Below, piece by piece: positions 27,562-37,081 of a stretch of 52,803 nt of DNA. The first letter of the stretch is position 1, and the number at the start of each line of letters is the position of its first letter. This DNA comes from a virus (lineage: Duplodnaviria; Caudoviricetes), in the IMG/VR virus record IMGVR_UViG_3300036781_000147, positions 1 to 52,803 of that record; one strand, 5' to 3'. A program made the position numbers and the translations under genes. The notes under the pieces are model-generated. The model was not told the DNA's origin. It saw only the letters and a program-made list of their open reading frames with translations, and made no database searches.

Positions 27562-28134
27562 ATGGCAGCGTTGAACGTGCTCGCCGACGCGAGTGAGGCA
27601 CTCCTCGCATGCGTGTGTGAGGCCCTGGACGATATCCCCACGACGCTGCCCGGCATGGCCGGGTGCCCGTGCCGCTCAGGTGTGGTGCCCGGCAATGAGA
27701 TCGCCTGGGACGGATGCGATACCGGGTGCGCCCCGCTGGACGAGGGGAAGTGGTCGGGGCAGCTGGCCGTGAAGACGAACCGGATCTTCGCGTCCGACTT
27801 CGGCAACTTCCCCAGGGAAGCGGCGGTAGTGGCCGACCTGAACGGCTGCAAGGCCACCCCGGTCATGGCGGCGGAACTGGTGGTGTCGGTGATCCGGTGT
27901 GCGCCGATCGGTGACGGGCAGTGCCCGCCGACCGTGGACGAACTGGCAGCTACCGCTCGGCAACAGAACGTAGACATGGTGGCTGTGCGAAAGGGCATCC
28001 TGTGCTGTCTCGCTGGTACAGACCCCACCCGACCCCGTGGCCGGAGGTTCTCCCTGGGCGGCAGCACCACGATAGGGCCACAAGGCGGCTGTGTTGGCTT
28101 TGAGCAGACCGTGACAGTGGATCTGGGATACTGA
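27562..28134 (+). CDS. Tail completion/terminator-like protein
   Basis: GQLAV, VIRCAP, GPQGGCVG motifs; synteny. Confidence 0.75.
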   Translation: MAALNVLADASEALLACVCEALDDIPTTLPGMAGCPCRSGVVPGNEIAWDGCDTGCAPLDEGKWSGQLAVKTNRIFASDFGNFPREAAVVADLNGCKATPVMAAELVVSVIRCAPIGDGQCPPTVDELAATARQQNVDMVAVRKGILCCLAGTDPTRPRGRRFSLGGSTTIGPQGGCVGFEQTVTVDLGY

Positions 28135-28141
28135 GCCACTG

Positions 28142-28181
28142 AGCCCCTGTGCGTCCGTGAGAGCGGCGCACAGGGGTTTTC
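28142..28181 (+). terminator. Intrinsic terminator
   Basis: CCCCTGTGCG...CGCACAGGGG followed by TTTT. Confidence 0.75.
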
Positions 28182-28215
28182 TGTACCTACTACAGAGCTG
28201 ACGTGTCTCGATTCA

Positions 28216-28678
28216 CCGTTACCTTCTCGTTATCTACCCCTCGCTGACCCCCTTCAGGATGTCCGTTTCTGCCCTGGTTTGGAAGGCACGGGGGTAGTTT
28301 TGGGAGCAGTTTTGGGAACGGCAAAAACCTGCTCTGACCTGGGAGAACAGGTGAGGCGGGGGTAGTTTTTCGGGGGAACCCACTCCAAATTCCTACAGTG
28401 AATAGGAAATGGCGATCATGAAACTACCTCTTCTCATGTGCACGCGCGCGTACGCGTAAGAAGTACACCCTGTCAAGATCAACAAATCTCGTTCACTGTA
28501 GGAATTTGGAGTGGGTTCCCCCGAAAAACTACCCCCGCCTCACCTGTTCTCCCAGGTCAGAGCAGGTTTTTGCCGTTCCCAAAACTGCTCCCAAAACTAC
28601 CCCCGTGCCTTCCAAACCAGGGCAGAAACGGACATCCTGAAGGGGGTCAGCGAGGGGTAGATAACGAGAAGGTAACGG
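28216..28678. repeat. Giant palindrome: 187-bp arms (28216-28402, 28492-28678) around an 89-bp spacer
   Basis: Arms are reverse complements on direct reading; internal GGGGGTAGTTTT and GTTTTGGGA sub-repeats. Confidence 0.97.
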
Positions 28679-28734
28679 CATCTGTGATCTACCGTGGGGC
28701 ATGGAAACTCTGTACGGCCGTGAGAGGGGCTCAC

Positions 28735-29115
28735 ATGCCTGCCCGGGTAAACTTGGACGCGTCACGGCTGGAACGCGCCTTGGGGGCCAACGGTGGCCTT
28801 GGTGCCCGCCTTCTGCAGCGTCGGGCCCAGCGGGTGAGGGAACTGGCCCAGCAGTACTCCGCCGCCAACGGCTCCATTGCGGCGGGCATCCGGGTGGGAC
28901 CGGTGGTCAACAAGTCGATCAAGGTCACGTCAACCAACCCCCACACCCGATACGTCAACGACGGCACCCGGCCGCACACGATCCGCCCTCGCCGTCCCGG
29001 TGGCGTGCTCGCCTTTCAGGTCGGCGGCCGGACCGTCTTTGCCCGGCTGGTCCATCACCCCGGGTTCCGGGGGACCCACTTCCTGGAACGTGCGCTGCGT
29101 GACGCCAGGGTGTAG
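28735..29115 (+). CDS. HK97 gp10-like tail-associated protein
   Basis: YVNDGTRPHTIRP...VHHPG..GTHFLERAL motif. Confidence 0.85.
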   Translation: MPARVNLDASRLERALGANGGLGARLLQRRAQRVRELAQQYSAANGSIAAGIRVGPVVNKSIKVTSTNPHTRYVNDGTRPHTIRPRRPGGVLAFQVGGRTVFARLVHHPGFRGTHFLERALRDARV

Positions 29116-29147
29116 GCTGGTTGCACATCAGTGACCAGGGAGCACAT

Positions 29148-29609
29148 ATGCATGAGTACGTGACGTCGACCAGCTGGTACGGCGACGGCGTGTGGGAGGG
29201 CACCGACGTGTACGTGCTGGCCCGCAACGAGGACGAGGCATACGCCAAGGTTGCCGATCAGATGCGCCGCCGATACGGCGTGACCCGCTTCGACGTCGGG
29301 TCGATTGTGGTCATCCCACCCGTCACCCGAGAGCGCATCGTGGAGAACGTCCAGTTCGTTGAGAAGGCTGGGTGGACGGCGGCCCTCTACATCGCAGATC
29401 CCTACCTGGCCTTGAACCCCTCGAAGGTCTTCTGCCGGGACGACGACCGGATAGAGATCCTGGCAGAGGCCATCCGTTCCGTACGGAACCAGGGGAACGA
29501 CATCTCCGGGTGGATCATCACCAGTGGCGCCGACCGGATCTGCGTGGAGCAGACCAGGGCTGCCGCGTCCCTGCGCATCCGCACCATGCTCCCCATCCTG
29601 CTGAGGTAA
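29148..29609 (+). CDS. Hypothetical protein (moron in tail operon)
   Basis: CAGGGAG RBS with -10 TAGGCT and GTTGCAC, as in early genes. Confidence 0.7.
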   Translation: MHEYVTSTSWYGDGVWEGTDVYVLARNEDEAYAKVADQMRRRYGVTRFDVGSIVVIPPVTRERIVENVQFVEKAGWTAALYIADPYLALNPSKVFCRDDDRIEILAEAIRSVRNQGNDISGWIITSGADRICVEQTRAAASLRIRTMLPILLR

Positions 29610-29746
29610 CCTCACCTCGTAGGCCGAGGTCCCTCACTCAGCCCCGGTCTGCTCCGCCCCGGTAGCTATGCTGCGTGTCCCTGCTGCCGGGGCGGACCCA
29701 TGTCCCGGGTATGGTGAGCTGGACACACAACGGAAGGACACGCAGC

Positions 29747-30106
29747 ATGGCCACCAAGTCATTCTCGATCAACACCACGCCTCATGTCGCCGCGATCGGT
29801 GACGACCTGAAGTTCTCGTTCGTCCCCGAGGTTGTGGGCGCCACGTTCCTTGAGGCGTACCAGGACCTGCGTGAGGTCCAGCAGCGAGTCAAGGGCAAGT
29901 CGGAGGAAGACCAGACTGCCGAGGACGCGCGTGCCGCCAGTGAGGCGCTCAAGGAGATGCTCGCCCACTTCCTCACCGAGGACAGCAAGCAGGCGTTCGC
30001 TGACAACCCTCTGCCCGACCGGGTGTACGTGGAGCTGTTCGAGTGGCTGGCTGAGATCTACGGCGCCTCTGGCAGCCAGGGAAACGGCGGTGGTGGGCAG
30101 TCCTGA
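29747..30106 (+). CDS. Tail assembly chaperone (gpG-like)
   Basis: Position before tape measure; slippery G GGA AAC near 3' end. Confidence 0.85.
   Translation: MATKSFSINTTPHVAAIGDDLKFSFVPEVVGATFLEAYQDLREVQQRVKGKSEEDQTAEDARAASEALKEMLAHFLTEDSKQAFADNPLPDRVYVELFEWLAEIYGASGSQGNGGGGQS
30079..30085 (+). other. Programmed -1 frameshift site (G GGA AAC)
   Basis: X XXY YYZ in chaperone frame; -1 frame open to TGA 30445-30447. Confidence 0.85.
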
Positions 30107-30447
30107 ACCTGTGCTCCGCAGTCGTTGACGACTGGGACGCATGGTTCGGAACGCTCACTCTCAGGGGAGTCGACCCCCGTACCTGGGATCTGCATCAGGT
30201 GCTGTCCGGGTTCGAGGCGTCGGTCCGCGAGTCGGCCAAGGATGAAGCTGACTGGCAGCGCATCAGGGCGATGATCTACTCGGAGCCACCCGAGGTGGCG
30301 GCGCAACGGCGGGCGGAGCAGCGTGCAACGGCTGCAACGGGGGCTGCAACACCCAGCGCGCCACCTGGGCGGGGCGGCATCAGCATGGCCCAGATGCAGG
30401 CACTCATCGCGCAGGCGTCGGCTGAGGAAGCCATCTACGGTGGGTGA
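30085..30447 (+). CDS. Tail assembly chaperone, frameshifted extension (gpGT-like)
   Basis: RRWWAVLNLCSAVVDDWDAWFG..GVDP...; no independent RBS/start. Confidence 0.8.
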   Translation, partial: RRWWAVLNLCSAVVDDWDAWFGTLTLRGVDPRTWDLHQVLSGFEASVRESAKDEADWQRIRAMIYSEPPEVAAQRRAEQRATAATGAATPSAPPGRGGISMAQMQALIAQASAEEAIYGG

Positions 30448-30499
30448 CAGAGGGGCTGCCTACGGGTGGCCCCTCTCCCCGTAGACTTAAAGCAGCCGA

Positions 30500-30515
30500 C
30501 TGGCGGTAGGCCGGG
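30500..30515 (+). promoter_or_regulatory. Late-leader motif copy 3
   Basis: CTGGCGGTAGGCCGGG downstream of TAGACT, upstream of tape measure. Confidence 0.75.
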
Positions 30516-30542
30516 CGATATCCACTGGAAGGGATGCGCCCC

Positions 30543-33500
30543 ATGGCTGAGGATCTTGGTGATGCGGAAGTCACCATCACCTTGGACGACTCGTCGGTCA
30601 ATGCTGCCGTCAACCGGTTGGCCGACCGACTGGAGTCCGCCCTTGACCGGGCGTCCCGGGACGCTGGTCTGCGCATGCAGCGCAACATCAGCCGGGCCGT
30701 CAACCGGATCTCCCCGGTAACGATCCGAGTCACAGCCGACGTCAGCCGCTTTCAGACCAGCATCTCCGCGCTGCGCAACCTGCCGGACCTGAGTGTGCCC
30801 GTCGTCCCGGAGATCGACCGGGAGCGCTTCCGTGCGGAGGTGCTGGCCGTGTTGGACGGGATTGAGGTGTCCGTCCGGGTGGTGCCTGACCTCAGCGGGT
30901 TCGACGAGCGCATCCGTGCCCACCGTCCGCCCTCCGTCAACGTGCCCGTCAACGGGGACACGCGCGGCTTCACCCGGTCCCTCTCGACCCTGGGCAAGGT
31001 GGCGGGGGAGGTCGGCAAGCTCGGTGGCCTCGCGCTGGGCATCGGCGCCGTGGGCGCGTCAGCCATCACCGCGACCAACAGCATCGTGTCGTTCATCGGT
31101 GCCCTCGCCCCGGCCGCTGGAATCCTCGCTGCGGGCCCGGCAGCGGTGGCAGGGTACGCGACTGCTCTGGGCACCTTGAAGCTTGCCACGATGGGCGTCA
31201 GTGACGCGTTCGGGTCTGCCCTGACCGACGACAGTAAGAAGTTCCAGAAGGTCCTGGAGGGTCTCTCCCCGGCCGTGCGGAAGGCGGCGCTGGAGGTACG
31301 GGCGCTCAAACCCGCGTTCGACGAACTGCGCAACTCTGTGCAGTCGTCGTTCTTCGGCGCCTTCTCCGGTGAGATCACCAAGGTGGCCAACGCCCTGAAG
31401 GGCCCACTGAAGTCTGCCATGGTCGACATCGCGGGCAACTTCGGTGACGTGGTCAGCCAGGTGGCGCAGTTCGTCCGTGGAGCCGGTGGCGTCAAGGACG
31501 TGACCAACATCCTCAAGGGAACCACAGCTGCGACAGCTGATCTGGACAAGGCGACCTTGCCCGTGGCCAAGGGGTTCCTTGACCTCGCGGGGAACATCTC
31601 CGCTGCGTTCGGCACCCGTGTGAACGCAGCGCTGACCAAGGTCGGCAACACGTTCGGCGACTTCCTGATCAAGATCGCCAACAACGGCCAGGCGGTCGAC
31701 TGGGTCAACGGCGCCGTGACCGTGTTCAAGCAGCTGGGCTCCATCGTCTCTAACGTGGGCAGCATCATCGCGTCGGTCTTCCGTGCGGCGAACGCGGTGG
31801 GCGGCGGTCTGCTGAACAACATCATCGCCATCACGGACAGCCTCTCCGCGTTCGCCAAGTCGGCGGCCGGACAGTCGGCCATCAGTAATATCTTCACCAC
31901 CCTGGCTACGGCGGCTCGGGCGATCGGCCCCATCCTGACCAATGTGATCAAGCAGCTGGGCGGCCTTGCCCCGTCCCTCACCTTGGCCTTTACAGCCATC
32001 GGCCCCGCCATCAACCAGCTGGTGACCGCGCTCGGGGGCGCCCTGAAGAACGCGCTGCCCGGTGTAGTCGCGATCTTCCAGCAGCTGAGCAAGGCCGTGT
32101 CCATCCTCGCCACGTCGGGCGCGTTGGAAGCGGTCGGCCACGGACTGAGTCTGATCCTCACCGCCGTCGCCCCGCTGATCCCCCCGCTGGTCAACCTGGG
32201 TACGACGATCATCATCGGACTCGCTCCGGTGCTGTCCACGCTCGCGACCGCCCTGGGCGCCGTCGTGCAGGCCATCACCCCGGTCGTGGACGCCGTCTCC
32301 AGTGCACTGCTGCCCATCCTGGCGCCGCTCACCGACGCACTCAACTCGGTCATCACCGCGCTCGGCCCGGTTATCCCCGCGATCGGCACTCAGCTGGCCC
32401 AGGCAGTGATCGCGCTGACCCCCTCCCTGGTGACCATGTCCCAGGCCATCGGCAACCTGGTGGTCGCTCTCGCCCCGCTGCTGCCCCAGCTGATCAACCA
32501 GCTTCTGCCGAGCCTGCCTCTGATCACGAACAACTTCGTGCAGCTGATCACCGCGCTCACCCCGCTCGTCCCTCAGATCTCCCAGTTGCTCATCTCGTTG
32601 GCTCCTCTCATCTCGGACCTCATCGAGATCGCAGGTCCGATCATCACCGTGGCCACCGCGTTCGATTCCTGGGTGGTGATCAACGGGCTCGTCCCCATCA
32701 TCGGCGGTCTGGTCAGCGCGCTGAACCGGGCTCTGCAGTCCTTCACGGAGATCATCATCGGCGCACAGACGCTGGCGTCCAACGTGCGCAGTTCCTTCTC
32801 CGGCCTCGCCACAGGGGCTATCTCCTCGGTGACCGTGATGGTCACCCGGGTGTCACAGCTGTGGACCCAGGTCAAGGCGTTCGTCATCGGCGCCGTGACG
32901 TCCATGGTCTCCACAGCTGTGTCCACCCTGTCCGGCCTGCCGGGGCGGGCCCGCTCCGCCATCAGCGGGCTGACGGGAACGGTGGGCTCGGTCGTGTCCT
33001 CGGCTGCCAGCCGGGCCGTGAGCGACGCGCGCTCCCTGGTCAGCCGGACCGCTTCCACCCTCGGGTCACTTACCAGCCGAGCCCGTTCCGCGCTGGGCAA
33101 TGTGGGTGGTGCACTGGTGGGTGCGGGCCGCTCCCTGGTGGCCGGGTTCGCGAGCGGTATCCGGGCCGCAGCGGGCGGTGTCGCATCGGCTGCCCGCAAC
33201 ATGGTCTCCAACGCGATCAGCGCCGCACGCTCCGCCCTGCACATCGGCTCCCCGTCCCGGCTGTTCATTCAGTTCGGTAAGTGGACGGGGCAGGGACTCT
33301 CCATCGGCCTGGACGCCATGCAGGGGCTCGTCGCCCGCTCCGCCACGTCTCTGGTGAATCCGGTCGTGGCGGCGGGCAGTGCGGCGGCACGGGGCATGCT
33401 GAGCCCTCAGCAGAGGTTGTCCTCCACCATGGCGGGCGGCACGTCCCGTACGACGTCTGCCACTACCCCCCTGCCGCAGGGTACGGGTCGGACGACCAAC

Positions 33501-33611
33501 GACCAGCGGACATCAATGATCAACAACTTCAACATCACGGGACTCGGCAACCCGGAGCAGACCGCCCGCAGCGTGGTCAACCAGCTGATGGCCACGGTCG
33601 CCCTGCCGTAA
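30543..33611 (+). CDS. Tape measure protein
   Basis: ~1020 aa Ala/Gly/Leu-rich helical repeats; LHIGSPSRLF motif. Confidence 0.93.
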   Translation: MAEDLGDAEVTITLDDSSVNAAVNRLADRLESALDRASRDAGLRMQRNISRAVNRISPVTIRVTADVSRFQTSISALRNLPDLSVPVVPEIDRERFRAEVLAVLDGIEVSVRVVPDLSGFDERIRAHRPPSVNVPVNGDTRGFTRSLSTLGKVAGEVGKLGGLALGIGAVGASAITATNSIVSFIGALAPAAGILAAGPAAVAGYATALGTLKLATMGVSDAFGSALTDDSKKFQKVLEGLSPAVRKAALEVRALKPAFDELRNSVQSSFFGAFSGEITKVANALKGPLKSAMVDIAGNFGDVVSQVAQFVRGAGGVKDVTNILKGTTAATADLDKATLPVAKGFLDLAGNISAAFGTRVNAALTKVGNTFGDFLIKIANNGQAVDWVNGAVTVFKQLGSIVSNVGSIIASVFRAANAVGGGLLNNIIAITDSLSAFAKSAAGQSAISNIFTTLATAARAIGPILTNVIKQLGGLAPSLTLAFTAIGPAINQLVTALGGALKNALPGVVAIFQQLSKAVSILATSGALEAVGHGLSLILTAVAPLIPPLVNLGTTIIIGLAPVLSTLATALGAVVQAITPVVDAVSSALLPILAPLTDALNSVITALGPVIPAIGTQLAQAVIALTPSLVTMSQAIGNLVVALAPLLPQLINQLLPSLPLITNNFVQLITALTPLVPQISQLLISLAPLISDLIEIAGPIITVATAFDSWVVINGLVPIIGGLVSALNRALQSFTEIIIGAQTLASNVRSSFSGLATGAISSVTVMVTRVSQLWTQVKAFVIGAVTSMVSTAVSTLSGLPGRARSAISGLTGTVGSVVSSAASRAVSDARSLVSRTASTLGSLTSRARSALGNVGGALVGAGRSLVAGFASGIRAAAGGVASAARNMVSNAISAARSALHIGSPSRLFIQFGKWTGQGLSIGLDAMQGLVARSATSLVNPVVAAGSAAARGMLSPQQRLSSTMAGGTSRTTSATTPLPQGTGRTTNDQRTSMINNFNITGLGNPEQTARSVVNQLMATVALP

Positions 33612-33642
33612 GCTGGCCCTACCGCACCGAGGAAGGGACCGC

Positions 33643-35595
33643 ATGCTCAACGACTACCTTGCCGTGGGAGACAACGAGGTGGCAAACCATGCCCGCCTCG
33701 CCACCTACATGAACGCGCTGGGGTCCCCGTTCGACTCAGGTTCGGCTATCTGCAAGTGCGACACGCTGACGGCTGAGATCCTGGGCGACGCGCCGTACAC
33801 CCTGCCGGACGACCCCGACAACCCGGCTCCCTGGTACGACCCGAACGTCCCGGAGTCAGGTCAGTTCCTCGGGGTGATGATCCTGACCGTAGACGGCGAT
33901 TCCACCTACCCGCAGAGCCGCACCGTGTCCACCTCGGTCGGGGGTGTCGGCTCCCTCGGGCCCACCCGTACCGACCCTCGTCCGATGACCTTCACCGCAC
34001 TGCTGCTGGGCACCACGTGTTGCGCCGTTGCGTACGGATACCAGTGGCTGACGCAGGCGTTGCAGCCCGCTGATGCGGACTGCAACGGCCAGTGCGCCTA
34101 CCGCTACAGCTGTTGCCCTGACGAGGGGCAGACAGCGGACCAGTTCAACGCGGCCTACCGCCGCACCTACCGCCGCGTAGCGCTCACCAGCGGGCCGGAC
34201 ATCACCGCGCGGCACGGCAACGGCGGATGCGGGCAGGGCGGCGCCGGATGTGGCATGAATGCCGACATCGTCACTGTGGAGTTCGGTCTGACCGCCGGGT
34301 CCCCCTGGGCGTGGGGCGACGAGCAACCTCTGCTCGATATCTCCCTGCCCACGGACGACGATGAAGACTGCCTCGTCTGGTGCCTGCCCAACTCGACTGA
34401 CCCCGAGTGCATCGAAGCGGGGCCGTGCCATGGCGGCAACTGCCCGCCGGTCGGTGAGCCGTGCACCGACAGCCACTGCAACTACCCGGACCCTCCGGTT
34501 CCCGGGTCGGCGTCGTCGTGCTTCTGCATCCCGCTCGCGGCCAACCGGGCGTGCTTCGATCTTGACCTGTCCACCCGGCCGCGAGCGGTGCCCTCCGCCC
34601 TGGTGATGGAGTTCTTCTCCGGCACGTACGACCTGCGCAACGCAACGATCAGTTTCTACAAGCGGTCCTCTGCCTATGACCCCACGACTGAGGGGGTGTT
34701 CGCTGACCAGTTCGAGCGGTCGCAGACCTCCGGTTGGGGCACGTCGGACAGTGGTCTGCCCTGGACTAACACAGGCGGCACGGCCGTCAACTTCAGCGTG
34801 AGCGGTGGCCAGGGCCATCACCGCCAGTCGCCCGCCGCCGTACTGCGTGAATCGTCTGTGCCGTTCGTCCAGCAGGACATCGACATCTACTACGACATGT
34901 CGTTCGACGCGTGGCCGACCACCGGCAACCTCTACGCTGCTGCCTCGCCCCGCTGGGCCGACACGGACAACAACTACGACGTGACGCTGCAGATCGACCC
35001 CCTGGGCAATGTCCAGTACTACCCGACGATCAACGTGGGTGGGGTGCAGCAGGACCCGGCGGGGTTCGTGCACATCCTGGACGGCACGCCTCCTCCCGGC
35101 ACCACCTTCCGGGTGCACTGGCAGGTGACGGGGAACGACTTCGCCGTGTCCGTGTGGGACATCCGCACGTGTGAGCCGACCGAGCCCGTCTTCACCTTCA
35201 CCGACGATCAGGTCCCCGTGAGTGCGGGCATCGCCGTGAAGTCCTTCTCTGACTCCGACATTGTGCCCCACGTCGATTTCGACAACATCCACACCAACAG
35301 TGACGCTGCCCTCACGTGTGATCAGATCAGCGAGTTGGCCGACCCGTGGCTGCAGTACAATGTCAACTTCCTGAGGGACAACTCGACTCTCACCCTGGAC
35401 GGACAGGTGGGCCGGGCCATGCAGGAATGCGGCGGGGTGTGCTCTCCGTCCACCTACGTGTTCGGGTACGAGGGTTCGCCGCCGCAGTGGCCCGTGCTGC
35501 CCTCCGAGCCCATCTGTGTGTGCGTGGAGACCAACGCCCTGGTGACCCCCTCGGAGAACGCGACCCTTTCCATCCGCACCTCGGGGAGGTACTGA
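33643..35595 (+). CDS. Minor tail (distal tail-like) protein with beta-rich insertion
   Basis: YLAVGDNEVANHAR, APWYDP motifs; follows tape measure. Confidence 0.8.
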   Translation: MLNDYLAVGDNEVANHARLATYMNALGSPFDSGSAICKCDTLTAEILGDAPYTLPDDPDNPAPWYDPNVPESGQFLGVMILTVDGDSTYPQSRTVSTSVGGVGSLGPTRTDPRPMTFTALLLGTTCCAVAYGYQWLTQALQPADADCNGQCAYRYSCCPDEGQTADQFNAAYRRTYRRVALTSGPDITARHGNGGCGQGGAGCGMNADIVTVEFGLTAGSPWAWGDEQPLLDISLPTDDDEDCLVWCLPNSTDPECIEAGPCHGGNCPPVGEPCTDSHCNYPDPPVPGSASSCFCIPLAANRACFDLDLSTRPRAVPSALVMEFFSGTYDLRNATISFYKRSSAYDPTTEGVFADQFERSQTSGWGTSDSGLPWTNTGGTAVNFSVSGGQGHHRQSPAAVLRESSVPFVQQDIDIYYDMSFDAWPTTGNLYAAASPRWADTDNNYDVTLQIDPLGNVQYYPTINVGGVQQDPAGFVHILDGTPPPGTTFRVHWQVTGNDFAVSVWDIRTCEPTEPVFTFTDDQVPVSAGIAVKSFSDSDIVPHVDFDNIHTNSDAALTCDQISELADPWLQYNVNFLRDNSTLTLDGQVGRAMQECGGVCSPSTYVFGYEGSPPQWPVLPSEPICVCVETNALVTPSENATLSIRTSGRY

Positions 35596-36629
35596 TGACG
35601 CTCGGGTGTGATGCTGACTACCGGGCGTCTGTCGTGGACGCGGGCGGCGCCGTTGTGGTCAACCTGGAGGTCATCACCAAACTGGAGTTCTTCCGGTTGA
35701 TCAACGATTCTTCCACGGCGTCTGTGACGTCCACGTTCGACCCGGACTGCTGTGCGCAGGTGGGCGACGTCCGTTCATGGCGCCATTGGCTGGTGATCTA
35801 CCGCAACGCTGACTTCATGTGGGCGGGTCCCATCCTCACCTGCGAGTGGTCGCAGGGCCAGGTGGAGATCATGGCGTCGGACATCACGTCCATCATGGCC
35901 CGCCGGGTGCCGCACACAGCCCGCTCGTTCGCCGGGGCGGACACGATGGACGTGGCCCACTTCCTGATCAACGACGCCTTCAACGTGGCTGACCCGCCGT
36001 ACACGATCGAGACCCCCGATGGGGCCAGGGGAGCTGTGGCCACGGTCGACTACGAGATTGGTTTCGGTCAGACGCTCGATCACCTCAAGACGCTGACGGA
36101 GAACAACGGGATCGACTTCACGGCGGTGGGCTCCACGATCTACCTACTGCCCGACGCGTGGGAGTCTCCGGTCGGCGCTCTCACCGATGCCGACTTCCCC
36201 CAGGGCCTCAACGTGGCGGAGGACGGCACCGCGTTCGCCACCCGGTGGGTGGTGTTCGGCTCCGACGACTCCGGCGCCATGGGAGAGGCAGGCGGCCCTC
36301 ACCCGTTCTACGGTCTGGTGGAGAGGTTCGTCCAGGACACGAGCATCACCACCAACGAGGCTGCCACGATCGCGGCCCGCTCGCGGTTGAACACGTCTCT
36401 GCCGCTCCCCCTGTACATCGATACGCAGGACGTCACTCTGTCCTCGGACTCCGCCGTCAACCTGGCCACCTTGATCCCGGGGTGGACGCTGGACGTGTCG
36501 ACTGTGACGACGTGCCGGGACGTGACCGAACGACTGAAGATCATCGGGTTGGATGTGTCGGCCGATGAGAACGGCGAGTCGATCAAGGTTCAAGTCGGCC
36601 CGCTCACCACTGGAATGGAGGCAGCCTGA
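35595..36629 (+). CDS. Minor tail (hub-like) protein
   Basis: WRHWLVIYRN...WAGPI, GIDFTAVG motifs. Confidence 0.8.
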   Translation: MTLGCDADYRASVVDAGGAVVVNLEVITKLEFFRLINDSSTASVTSTFDPDCCAQVGDVRSWRHWLVIYRNADFMWAGPILTCEWSQGQVEIMASDITSIMARRVPHTARSFAGADTMDVAHFLINDAFNVADPPYTIETPDGARGAVATVDYEIGFGQTLDHLKTLTENNGIDFTAVGSTIYLLPDAWESPVGALTDADFPQGLNVAEDGTAFATRWVVFGSDDSGAMGEAGGPHPFYGLVERFVQDTSITTNEAATIAARSRLNTSLPLPLYIDTQDVTLSSDSAVNLATLIPGWTLDVSTVTTCRDVTERLKIIGLDVSADENGESIKVQVGPLTTGMEAA

Positions 36630-37078
36630 TGGCAGTGCGTGGACCTAGCTCACGCCGTATCCCCGGCAACCCCGTGGGCGGCATGCTGCGGGAGTTGAAG
36701 CGGAGCGCCGCTCGTGCACAGTCCACCCGGGCATCGTCCGGCACCGAGGCGGGCCCCGACCCGTCCCCGGCCAGGCACGGCCGCAACGGACGGGACGGCA
36801 AGGACGCCACGGTGTCCGCGACGGTCGTCACCACAGACGACCAGGGAACGGCTTCCTGGGGGTTCTCACAGCCGTTCGAGGTGCCCCCGGTGGTGGTGGC
36901 CACCGCTGTACTCCCGAGCGCTCTGGTGCCCTTCACAGTAGCTCTGCTGGACGTCTCCGAGGAGAGTGTCGCCGTCGTCACGTCTCCGGCTACCGCCGAC
37001 GTGGCAGTCCACCTGATTGCCGTACCCGGGTCGGGAGATATCGTGGTGACACCGGAACCCGACCCGAACGAGGGATGA
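36629..37078 (+). CDS. Minor tail protein
   Basis: TGATG coupling; FSQPFEVPPVV fibre-type motif. Confidence 0.7.
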   Translation: MAVRGPSSRRIPGNPVGGMLRELKRSAARAQSTRASSGTEAGPDPSPARHGRNGRDGKDATVSATVVTTDDQGTASWGFSQPFEVPPVVVATAVLPSALVPFTVALLDVSEESVAVVTSPATADVAVHLIAVPGSGDIVVTPEPDPNEG

Positions 37079-37081
37079 TCA

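Noticed and set aside
28289-28376. Ciliate-like T4G3-4 telomeric repeats / G-quadruplex
   Set aside because: Few copies and long loops; better explained as iteron-like sub-repeats
28216-28678. MITE or IS element
   Set aside because: No transposase and no target-site duplication visible at the flanks; not fully excluded
30079-30085. Frameshift as a novelty
   Set aside because: Standard tail-chaperone -1 frameshift; listed as a feature only
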